The notes beneath the pieces are model-generated. The model was not told the origin of the DNA. It was given only the letters and a program-made list of their open reading frames with translations, and did not search any database. The position numbers and the translations under genes are program-made. This document shows positions 1 through 7,331 of a DNA stretch of 20,358 nt, piece by piece. The stretch's first letter is position 1; every line of letters starts with the position of its first letter. Source of the stretch: Vulcanimicrobiota bacterium (GTDB lineage Bacteria > Vulcanimicrobiota > Vulcanimicrobiia > Vulcanimicrobiales > Vulcanimicrobiaceae); NCBI GenBank assembly GCA_003135555.1, contig PLCF01000026.1, positions 22,328 through 42,685 on the forward strand, read 5' to 3'.

Positions 1-291
1 ATTGTACGCGAGGTACAGATCTTGTTGAGAACCGGTTTGACCGTCGCGCATGGTCGTCTGCGCCGCGTGCAGCCATTGCGGACCGTACGCGGTCACGACT
101 TGCGTCTCCGACATCGTTGCGGTCTTGGCCGTTCCGGCGACGTTGACCGTACGCGTGCAATGCCACGTGCCGAGCAGAAACTTGAAGCTTGCCGCTCGGT
201 CGGCGGCGGATCCGGGGGCCGGCGCGCCGATCGCGGGGGTTGCGCCGATCAGGGAAAGGGCGAGGATGAAACCGACTGCTTTTGAGTACAC
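1..291 (-). CDS. Secreted hypothetical protein, 5' part only (runs off the left edge); possibly a lipocalin-like/DUF1579-type beta-barrel
   Basis: Manually translated, not in the ORF track. GTG at 291-289 is preceded by AAGGAGA (complement of 301-307). Open for 97 codons to base 1: MYSKAVGFILALSLIGATPAIGAPAPGSAADRAASFKFLLGTWHCTRTV... There is a hydrophobic signal peptide followed by an FxxLxGxWxC motif typical of the first strand of such barrels. The fold is inference. Confidence 0.75.
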   Translation of the reverse strand, partial: MYSKAVGFILALSLIGATPAIGAPAPGSAADRAASFKFLLGTWHCTRTVNVAGTAKTATMSETQVVTAYGPQWLHAAQTTMRDGQTGSQQDLYLAYN

Positions 292-312
292 GATGTCTTC
301 TCTCCTTAGCCG

Positions 313-627
313 TCAGTTACAGACGTAGACGTAGCGATACACATAAACGCAACGACCGCCGCTACAGTAGTACACGTATCGGTAGACATAATAGCAGACC
401 GGGACCCAGGCGACTTGCGTCGGCGAGGTGCCGAGCAGTTGTGCCGCTCGCGCCGATTCCGCAGCGGACACGGGGTGCGAGACGCGGTCCGGCGCGACGC
501 CGACGTGAGCGACGGCGGCAGCGCTCGGGGTCGACACTGAGTCGGCCCGTGCGAGTGCTGGGGCCGTGCCCGCCCCCATGAGGACGCCGCATGCGAGAAG
601 GACGGAGATGACGCGGGGATATGACAA
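313..627 (-). CDS. 104-aa secreted precursor with a C-terminal Cys/Tyr-rich beta-hairpin
   Basis: C-terminal part of track ORF 313..1464. Likely TTG start at 627 after GAGGG (alternative GTG at 654). Signal peptide MSYPRVISVLLACGVLMGAGTAPALA, an Ala/Ser/Pro-rich linker, then WVPVCYYVYRYVYYCSGGRCVYVYRYVYVCN and TGA at 315-313. Confidence 0.75.
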   Translation of the reverse strand: MSYPRVISVLLACGVLMGAGTAPALARADSVSTPSAAAVAHVGVAPDRVSHPVSAAESARAAQLLGTSPTQVAWVPVCYYVYRYVYYCSGGRCVYVYRYVYVCN

Positions 628-660
628 GAATTCCCTCAGTTCATAAGGATTCACCCGCCG

Positions 661-686
661 TACAACCACACGGTACCACCGTTTCG
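661..686 (-). promoter_or_regulatory. Possible ECF-sigma promoter for the hairpin-precursor gene
   Basis: The minus strand reads cGAAAC-N16-tGTA, similar to the SigW/SigM-type TGAAAC-N16-CGTA, ~35 nt upstream of the proposed start. It is a short motif and may be chance. Confidence 0.2.
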
Positions 687-813
687 GGCTCCTGACCATG
701 GGGGCCGAGCGTGGGCCCGCGTCGTAGTGGCGCCCTTCGAGGAAATGTGGGCGGCGGCGGGTGCGCCCGCCTCGATTGTGGCGTAGTATCGGATCGGAGA
801 AGGAGAATCGACG

Positions 814-1818
814 ATGCAAAAGTTGGCAGTTTCGGCACTCGTGCTGGCGCTTGCGGCCTGTAACGGCGGTTCGAGCAGTCCGCCGGGCTTCTCGACGGGG
901 GTGGGACGCCCGCCCAGTGGGACGATCGTCGAGTACGCGATCCCCACCGCCAACGCGGGTCCGTTCGCCCTTACGCTGGGTCCCGACGGCAACATCTGGT
1001 TCACCGAGTCCAATACCGGCACCAACAAGGTCGCCAACATTACGCCGGCCGGGGTCATCACCGAGTTCACGCTGCCGACCGCCAACGCGTTTCCCGGCAA
1101 CATCGTCTCCGGGCCGGACGGCAACCTCTGGTACGTGGACGAGGCGAACCATCTCGGCAAAGTGACGACCGGGGGAACGATCACGCTGTTCCCGGCGGCC
1201 GATCCTTCCGGGCTCGCGGTGGGGCCCGACAACAACTTGTGGGTGAACGAGTTCAACGGGATGAAGGTCGACGTCTACTCGACCGCCGGCGCGCTGCTGC
1301 ACAGCTACGCATCCGGCACCAACCCGGCCAACCTGCAGCTCGAACAGATCACCGCCGGGCCCGACGGCAACATGTGGTTCGACACGTTCAGCAGCGACAA
1401 CGTCGTCAGGATGATCACCGGCACCGGCGCGACGACAGCCTTCGTCTACTCGCCGACGATCCAAAACGTCATGCGCGGCATCACCAAAGGACCCGACGGC
1501 AACGTCTGGGCGAGCGCTTCCGACAGTAACCTCATCGCGCGGATCACACCGGCGGGAGTGCTGACCACGTTCGCGATTCCGAGCGCGAACGCACAGCCCT
1601 ACGGCATCACGACCGGTCCGGACGGAAATCTCTACTTCACCGAACCCGGGGTCAATCGGACGACCAACAAGATCGGCCGCATCACGCCGACCGGCACGAT
1701 AACCGAGTTTGCGATTCCGACCGCGCTGTCCGGCCCCGTTTTCATCGCCGCCGGGCCCAACAGCACGATCTGGTTCACCGAGGGCAGCTCCAACAAGATC
1801 GGCGAGCTCTTCTTGTAA
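814..1818 (+). CDS. Lipoprotein, Vgb (virginiamycin B lyase)-like 7-bladed beta-propeller
   Basis: GAAGGAG RBS; lipobox LAAC (Cys16); seven GPDGNxW(F/Y)xE-type repeats. Confidence 0.9.
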   Translation: MQKLAVSALVLALAACNGGSSSPPGFSTGVGRPPSGTIVEYAIPTANAGPFALTLGPDGNIWFTESNTGTNKVANITPAGVITEFTLPTANAFPGNIVSGPDGNLWYVDEANHLGKVTTGGTITLFPAADPSGLAVGPDNNLWVNEFNGMKVDVYSTAGALLHSYASGTNPANLQLEQITAGPDGNMWFDTFSSDNVVRMITGTGATTAFVYSPTIQNVMRGITKGPDGNVWASASDSNLIARITPAGVLTTFAIPSANAQPYGITTGPDGNLYFTEPGVNRTTNKIGRITPTGTITEFAIPTALSGPVFIAAGPNSTIWFTEGSSNKIGELFL

Positions 1819-1819
1819 C

Positions 1820-1844
1820 GACGACGGCGCCCGGCGCCGTCGTC
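1820..1844. terminator. GC-rich hairpin between convergent genes (possible terminator or 3' stabiliser)
   Basis: GACGACGGCGC-ccg-GCGCCGTCGTC is a perfect 11-bp stem starting just after the TAA at 1818. There is no U-tract on either side. Confidence 0.5.
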
Positions 1845-1877
1845 ATCCTCGCCTCGACCGCAAGCTGAGGCCCGAGA

Positions 1878-2810
1878 CTACGTGACCTCGTGGGAGTACG
1901 GCGTCATCAGCCATGCCTGCATCTCCGAGCCGCCTTGCCATGGGCCCGCGACCACCGTCGTCCCCGGCGGGAAAGGGCCCTGCGGCGACCCCGAGACGGT
2001 GAGGTACGTCTGCGGATCGGGACCGCCGCCCGTTCGCATCGTGCTATAGCCTTCGTCCTGCGCGCCGCCGACGATCCACGTCGACCACTGGCCCGCCTGC
2101 CCGGAGTCGGTACAGGTAACCGGTCCGCCGCCGGGGGCGCTTTGCATGATCATGCTGATCTCTTCGTTGGTGAAGACGACGCCGAGCGCGGTCACCCCGT
2201 CGATGAGGAAGTTGGCGTCCCACAGCTGCGCCGGGCCGGCCCCATTATCGGTGCCGTTGGGCGTCTGAATCGTCAGCTGCCCGGTCGCATTGTCGGGATT
2301 CGCCGCGAGCACCGTCGACGGGTTGCACTCCGGCGCCAGCGAGTAGTTCCAGGGGTAGTCCTGGCTGCCGCTGTCCACGAACGTCCACACCTCGTTGGGC
2401 TGCCCGCCGCCCCAGCCGTTGTAGGCGATCACCTCGCTACCCGGCGGGTAGGGCCCGTTTCCGGCGACGTTGAGGTTGATCGAGGTGCTCATCGTCGGCC
2501 GCACGGCCAGCGCGTTCCCGCCCGCCGCGACGTCCCAGGTCGATGCTGAGGACAGGCCGTCGACGATGGGCTGCAGCGCGAGGACCGACTCGCCTGCGAC
2601 CACGGTCAGGACCGACGTTTGCCCCAGCTCGCTGCTGAGCAGATTGACCATCGCGAAGCCGCCGCTCGCGTTGTCGTAGATGAGTGACCAGAACATCGCC
2701 GACGTCTGCGCCGATGCGTCCTGGACGACGATCTGACCGCTCTCCGTCGCCGCGAGCGCCAGCGTCTCGCCGTTAGGCCCCAGGCAGCCCGGCATGATGA
2801 AATATCCCAC
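1878..2810 (-). CDS. 310-aa protein with two tandem ricin-B/beta-trefoil lectin-like domains
   Basis: GTG at 2810 follows a strong GGGGAGGTG RBS; the upstream part of track ORF 1878..3602 is antisense to the glucosidase. Clear internal duplication (YFIMPGC..LAA..GQIVVQ..FW / YSLAPEC..LAA..GQLTIQ..LW; GPYPPGSEVIA..W.GG.PNEVW / GPFPPGTTVVA..WQGGSEMQAW) with QxW-like subdomain ends. Confidence 0.75.
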   Translation of the reverse strand: MGYFIMPGCLGPNGETLALAATESGQIVVQDASAQTSAMFWSLIYDNASGGFAMVNLLSSELGQTSVLTVVAGESVLALQPIVDGLSSASTWDVAAGGNALAVRPTMSTSINLNVAGNGPYPPGSEVIAYNGWGGGQPNEVWTFVDSGSQDYPWNYSLAPECNPSTVLAANPDNATGQLTIQTPNGTDNGAGPAQLWDANFLIDGVTALGVVFTNEEISMIMQSAPGGGPVTCTDSGQAGQWSTWIVGGAQDEGYSTMRTGGGPDPQTYLTVSGSPQGPFPPGTTVVAGPWQGGSEMQAWLMTPYSHEVT

Positions 2811-2897
2811 AGTACACCTCCCCGGAATGTAAGCGAGGCCTGCCCTTCGCGCGCGCGACAACAGGAAACCTTGCGGCGCCTCCGCGAGATAGCGGGG

Positions 2898-5555
2898 ATG
2901 CATCCCAATCCCGAGCGCGAGCGCATCGAGGCTGCGACGCGGCACGAAGCGCATTGGCGGCGTTGGGGTCCGTACCTGAGCGACCGCCAATGGGGTACGG
3001 TTCGCGAAGACTACAGCGCCGACGGGAACGCCTGGGACTACTTTCCCTTCGAGATGGCGCGGCTGCGCGCATATCGCTGGGGCGAGGACGGCATCCTCGG
3101 CATCTGCGACAACCACCAGCGGCTGTGCTTCGCGCCCGCGTTCTGGAACGAGCGCGACGAGATCATCAAAGAACGCTTCTACGGACTGGGCGGCCATCAG
3201 GGCAACCATGGCGAGGACGTCAAGGAGTATTGGTGGTACGTCGACGCCGTCCCGTCGCACGCATACCTCAAGGCCGTGTACCGCTATCCGCAGGCGGCCT
3301 TTCCCTACCGCGAGCTGCGCGAGCAAAACGCGGCGCGCGGGCGCGGCGAGCGCGAGTACGAGCTGGTCGACACCGGCATCTTCGCGGACGACGCCTACTT
3401 CGACATCACCGTCGAGTACGCCAAGCGCGACGTCGACGACATCCTGGTGCGCATCACTGCGACGAATCGCGGCCGGCAGAGCGCACCGCTGCACGTGCTG
3501 CCGCAGCTGTGGTTTCGCAACGAATGGTCCTGGAAGTGCGGGACACCGCGCGCCCGCATCCACGACGCCGTAGCCGGCGGCCGGGCCCTGATCGCCGAGC
3601 ACGCCACGCTGGGCAAACGCTGGATCGTCAGCGACGGCGGCGCGCAGGAGACGTTGTTCACCGAGAACGACACCGACTTCGAGCGCGCCTTCGGCGTCCC
3701 GTCACCGTCGCGGTTCGTGAAGAGCGGGATCGATCGCGCCGTGCGCGGAGAAGACCGCGACGGCATCAATCCGGCGCGCGCCGGTTCCAAAGCGGCGCTG
3801 CATTACCATTGGACCATCGAACCCGGCGCGACGCGTACCGTGCGTCTGCGCATCAGCGACCTGCCCGATGCCGGCGGCGTCGATGCGGAGTTCGACGCGA
3901 CCTTCGATCGCCGCGCCGAGGAAGCCGATCGCTTCTACGCGGCGCTCGCGCCCGCGCAACTCGACGCTGAGTCGGCGGCGATCCAGCGCAGCGCGTTCGC
4001 CGGGATGATCTGGTCCAAGCAGTTCTACAACTACGTCGTGCGGGATTGGCTGCTCGGCGACGAGCTCACGCCGCCGCCGCCCGCGGTGCGCAAGCACGGC
4101 CGCAACGCGAACTGGCTGCACCTCTACAACGACGGCGTGCTGTCGATGCCCGACACCTGGGAGTACCCGTGGTATGCGGCGTGGGACCTCGCTTTTCACG
4201 TCATCCCGTTCGGCCTGATCGATCCGGACTTCGCCAAACGGCAGCTCACGCTGCTCACGCGCGAATGGTTCATGCATCCCAGCGGACAGCTCCCGGCGTA
4301 CGAGTGGGCCTTCGACGACGTCAACCCGCCGGTACACGCCTGGGCCGCGCTACGGCTGTACAAGATCGAGGCCAAGCGCAACGGCGGCGTGGGCGACTTT
4401 CGCTTTCTCGAGCGCGCGTTCCAGAAGCTGCTGATGAACTTCACCTGGTGGGTGAACCGCAAGGACGTCGCCGGCCGCAACGTGTTCCAGGGCGGGTTCC
4501 TGGGGCTCGACAACGTCGGCCCCTTTGACCGCGGCCAGTCGCTCCCCGACGGTGCGTACCTCGCGCAGAGCGACGGCACGTCGTGGATGGCGGTCTACGC
4601 GCTCAACATGCTGGCGATCGCGATCGAGCTGGCCAAGCACGACGAAGACTACGCCGATGTCGCTTCGAAGTTCTTCGAGCACTTTCTCATCATCGCCGAC
4701 GCCATGAACTCCGAACGCGACGACGAGCCGGGGCTCTGGGACCCTGAGGACGAGTTCTACTACGACCAGGTGTACCTGCGCAACGGTGAGCGCATCCCGG
4801 TCAAGGTGCGCAGCGTCGTCGGCATCGTGCCGATCTTCGCGGTCGAGACGCTCGGCGCGCTGACGCTCGACGCGATGCCGGGCTTCAAGAAGCGCGTCGA
4901 GTGGTTTCTCGACAACCGCCCCGAGCTCGCCGAGAACGTCGCGCGCATCGACGTCGGCGGCCAGCTCGACCGGCGCCTGATGGCGATCTGCAACCCGGAC
5001 CGGTTGCGCAGCATCCTGCGGCGGGTCTTCGACGAGGACGAGTTTCTCTCGCCGCACGGGGTACGGATGCTCTCGCGCTATCACCGCGATCATCCCTACG
5101 TGCTCAAGCTCGGCGGTGAGGAGTTCCGCTGCGACTACGAACCGGCCGAGTCCAGCAGCGGGCTCTTCGGCGGGAACTCCAACTGGCGCGGCCCGGTGTG
5201 GATGCCCTTGAACTTCTTGCTGATCGAGGCGCTGCAGAAGTTCCACCACTACCTGGGCGACGAGTACACGATCGAGTTCCCGACCCGTTCGGGCCGCATG
5301 TTGACGCTGTGGCAGATCTCGCTCGAGCTTGCGGACCGGCTCGTCGGGTTGTTCCGGCGCGGCGCCGACGGTCGCCGCCCGTTCAACGGCGCGGTCGAGC
5401 TGTTCCAGACCGATGCGAATTGGCGCGACCGGCTGCTGTTCCACGAATACTTCAACGGCGATACCGGCGAAGGACTCGGCGCGTCGCATCAAACCGGCTG
5501 GACGGGCCTCGTCGCCAAGCTCATCGACCAACTCGCCGCCTACCGAGACAGGTGA
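2898..5555 (+). CDS. MGH1-like / GH63-related glycoside hydrolase (glucosidase)
   Basis: Family motifs WRRWGPYLSDRQWGTVREDYS, EYPWYAAWDLAFH, NSNWRGPVW and FHEYFNGDTGEGLGASHQTGWT. ATG at 2898 is preferred over TTG at 2871. Confidence 0.9.
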   Translation: MHPNPERERIEAATRHEAHWRRWGPYLSDRQWGTVREDYSADGNAWDYFPFEMARLRAYRWGEDGILGICDNHQRLCFAPAFWNERDEIIKERFYGLGGHQGNHGEDVKEYWWYVDAVPSHAYLKAVYRYPQAAFPYRELREQNAARGRGEREYELVDTGIFADDAYFDITVEYAKRDVDDILVRITATNRGRQSAPLHVLPQLWFRNEWSWKCGTPRARIHDAVAGGRALIAEHATLGKRWIVSDGGAQETLFTENDTDFERAFGVPSPSRFVKSGIDRAVRGEDRDGINPARAGSKAALHYHWTIEPGATRTVRLRISDLPDAGGVDAEFDATFDRRAEEADRFYAALAPAQLDAESAAIQRSAFAGMIWSKQFYNYVVRDWLLGDELTPPPPAVRKHGRNANWLHLYNDGVLSMPDTWEYPWYAAWDLAFHVIPFGLIDPDFAKRQLTLLTREWFMHPSGQLPAYEWAFDDVNPPVHAWAALRLYKIEAKRNGGVGDFRFLERAFQKLLMNFTWWVNRKDVAGRNVFQGGFLGLDNVGPFDRGQSLPDGAYLAQSDGTSWMAVYALNMLAIAIELAKHDEDYADVASKFFEHFLIIADAMNSERDDEPGLWDPEDEFYYDQVYLRNGERIPVKVRSVVGIVPIFAVETLGALTLDAMPGFKKRVEWFLDNRPELAENVARIDVGGQLDRRLMAICNPDRLRSILRRVFDEDEFLSPHGVRMLSRYHRDHPYVLKLGGEEFRCDYEPAESSSGLFGGNSNWRGPVWMPLNFLLIEALQKFHHYLGDEYTIEFPTRSGRMLTLWQISLELADRLVGLFRRGADGRRPFNGAVELFQTDANWRDRLLFHEYFNGDTGEGLGASHQTGWTGLVAKLIDQLAAYRDR

Positions 5556-5627
5556 CGCGATGCTCGCAGATTTTGGCGCCCGGATAGGGGAACGTGGCAG
5601 CGGTGCTGCGACTCGGCCGAAAGGTGC

Positions 5628-5657
5628 TTGACCGTGCGATTCTCCCGTTGGTAGGAT
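5628..5657 (+). promoter_or_regulatory. Sigma70-type promoter with extended -10
   Basis: TTGACC (5628-5633), 18 nt, TAGGAT (5652-5657), preceded by TGn. The -10 ends 7 nt before ATG 5665. Confidence 0.6.
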
Positions 5658-5664
5658 AGCCACG

Positions 5665-5856
5665 ATGGTCCCGAAGAACTCTCAGATTGCGAATGAGGCA
5701 TTCGTCCTCTACGTTCAGGCGACGGGCATCGAAGCGATTGAGAGAGAGATCGAAGCCTCGAATGGGCCGATAACGCGCGCCGAGGAAGCCGAAGCTGATC
5801 GTCGCTTGGAGGATGCACGACGCCGCGCAAAACAGCGTCAAAAGCAGCGGCGCTAG
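5665..5856 (+). CDS. 63-aa hypothetical protein resembling the C-terminal half of CopG/RHH-type antitoxins
   Basis: Fills the intergenic gap and has its own promoter. The helical charged sequence NEAFVLYVQ..IEREIEASNGPITRAEEAEADRRL recalls the E..E...GP.T.EE...A motif; this resemblance is from memory and was not searched. Confidence 0.55.
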   Translation: MVPKNSQIANEAFVLYVQATGIEAIEREIEASNGPITRAEEAEADRRLEDARRRAKQRQKQRR

Positions 5857-5964
5857 AGGCTGTCGTCCTTGACGCGCGCGTGTTCGTCGCGGTCTGACGC
5901 GCCGGCCCGCCGTCGACCTTGATATAGCGCGGAGAACCGCCGTCGCAGGACGAAGGCGCCCGGG

Positions 5965-7311
5965 ATGCGGTACGATCTCGCGGTCATCGGGTCCGGGCAG
6001 GGTGGGGTTCCGCTCGCGCTGGATTTCGCCGAGCGCGGGAAGCGCGTGGTGCTGTTCGAGCGCGGGGATCTGGGCGGCTGCTGCGTCAACGTCGGCTGCA
6101 CGCCGTCCAAAGCGTTTCTGGCGTCCGCGCACGCCGCGGGACGGGCCCGCCGCGCGAGCGACGTGCACGTGCACTGCGAGGTGCGCGTCGACGTCCCCGC
6201 GGTCATGGAACGCGTGCGCCGGCTCGTCGGGGAGTGGCGCGACGGCGTCGAAAAGAAGCTCGCCAAGAGCGCCGTCGAGCTGGTACGCGCCGAGGCGTCG
6301 TTCGATGCGCCGCATCTTCTGCGTGCCGGCGGCGAAACGTATGAGGCCGAAACCGTCGTCCTCGATACCGGCGGACGCGCCAACGTCCCACCGCTGCCGG
6401 GACTGGCCGGCACGCCCTACCTCACCAACGAGAACTTCTTCCTCCAAGAGACGCTGCCGCAGCGTCTGATCGTGCTGGGCTCGGGCTACATTGGTCTCGA
6501 GCTGGGACAAGGCGCCGCGCGCTTGGGGAGCCGGGTTACCATCGTCACGCCCGACGACCGGCTCATCGCACGCGAAGAGTCCGACGTGTGCGGCGTGCTG
6601 AGTGCATCCTTCACGCGCGACGGCATCGAGATTCGGCTCGAGCGCAAGGGCAAAGAGGTCGCCTACGACGGCACGACGTTCACCGTCACCCTCGATGACG
6701 GCACGGCGCTTACCGGCGACGGACTGCTCGTCGCGATCGGCCGCCGTCCCAACGTACCCGACGGCACCGCGGAGCGAGCCGGGATCGCGCTCGACGAGCA
6801 CGGCTTCGTGCGCTGCGACGAGCATTTGCAGACCTCCGTCGCCGGCCACTACGCGCTGGGAGACGTGGCCGGCCAGCCGCAGTTCACGCACGTGTCGTGG
6901 GAAGACTTCCGGCGTTTGAAGACCGTGATCGGCGGCGACGCGTCGCGCACGCGCGACGACCGCGTGCTGGCCTATGCCATGTACACCGAGCCGCAAGTCG
7001 GACGCGTCGGTCTGAGCACCGATCAAGCGCGCCAGCAGGGCCTCGCGCACCGCGTCGTCACGCTGCCGCTCGCGCAGGTCGCGCGCGGGGCCGAATGGGG
7101 GCTCGAAGACGGATTCTTCCGCCTGGTCGTCGATCCGCGCAGCGACGCGATCCTGGGCGCGACGTTCGCCGGATACGAAGCCGGGGAATTGATCCATGTG
7201 ATCCTCGCCCACATGGAAGCCGGCTCGACGTGGCGCGTTCTCGAGCGCTCCGTCCACATCCACCCCACCTTCGCCGAGGGGCTGCCTACGCTCGCACGGC
7301 AGCTGTTATGA
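5965..7311 (+). CDS. Class-I pyridine nucleotide-disulfide oxidoreductase (MerA-like/RclA-like group, not true MerA)
   Basis: FAD-binding GSGQGG, redox disulfide CVNVGCTPSK, NAD(P)H-binding GSGYIGLE, C-terminal HIHPTFAE. No NmerA domain and no C-terminal CC pair. Confidence 0.9.
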   Translation: MRYDLAVIGSGQGGVPLALDFAERGKRVVLFERGDLGGCCVNVGCTPSKAFLASAHAAGRARRASDVHVHCEVRVDVPAVMERVRRLVGEWRDGVEKKLAKSAVELVRAEASFDAPHLLRAGGETYEAETVVLDTGGRANVPPLPGLAGTPYLTNENFFLQETLPQRLIVLGSGYIGLELGQGAARLGSRVTIVTPDDRLIAREESDVCGVLSASFTRDGIEIRLERKGKEVAYDGTTFTVTLDDGTALTGDGLLVAIGRRPNVPDGTAERAGIALDEHGFVRCDEHLQTSVAGHYALGDVAGQPQFTHVSWEDFRRLKTVIGGDASRTRDDRVLAYAMYTEPQVGRVGLSTDQARQQGLAHRVVTLPLAQVARGAEWGLEDGFFRLVVDPRSDAILGATFAGYEAGELIHVILAHMEAGSTWRVLERSVHIHPTFAEGLPTLARQLL

Positions 7312-7331
7312 CGGGGTCACGCTGCGCGTGA
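7308..7331 (+). repeat. Single 20-nt junction unit forming mini-ORF MTGSRCA*
   Basis: ATGACGGGGTCACGCTGCGC (7308-7327) followed by GTGA. Its ATG overlaps the oxidoreductase TGA and its TGA overlaps the glgB GTG. It is 18/20 identical to the unit at 9516. Confidence 0.85.

Noticed and set aside
628..1464. N-terminal ~280 aa of track ORF 313..1464
   Set aside because: Mostly antisense to the lipoprotein gene and spans the intergenic region. Only the part from 627 has an RBS, signal peptide and coherent composition.
814..1818. vgb antibiotic-resistance call
   Set aside because: It has a lipoprotein signal and the catalytic His/Glu motifs appear replaced.
2811..3602. Extension of ORF 1878..3602 suggesting a 574-aa fusion
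   Set aside because: Antisense shadow of the glucosidase; a strong RBS places the real start at 2810.
5552..5587. GTGA-initiated 11-codon ORF overlapping the glucosidase stop
   Set aside because: No similarity to the 20-nt unit, and its stop does not meet a downstream start; likely chance.
5965..7311. merA mercury-resistance call
   Set aside because: No C-terminal Cys pair, no NmerA domain and no merR/T/P neighbours.
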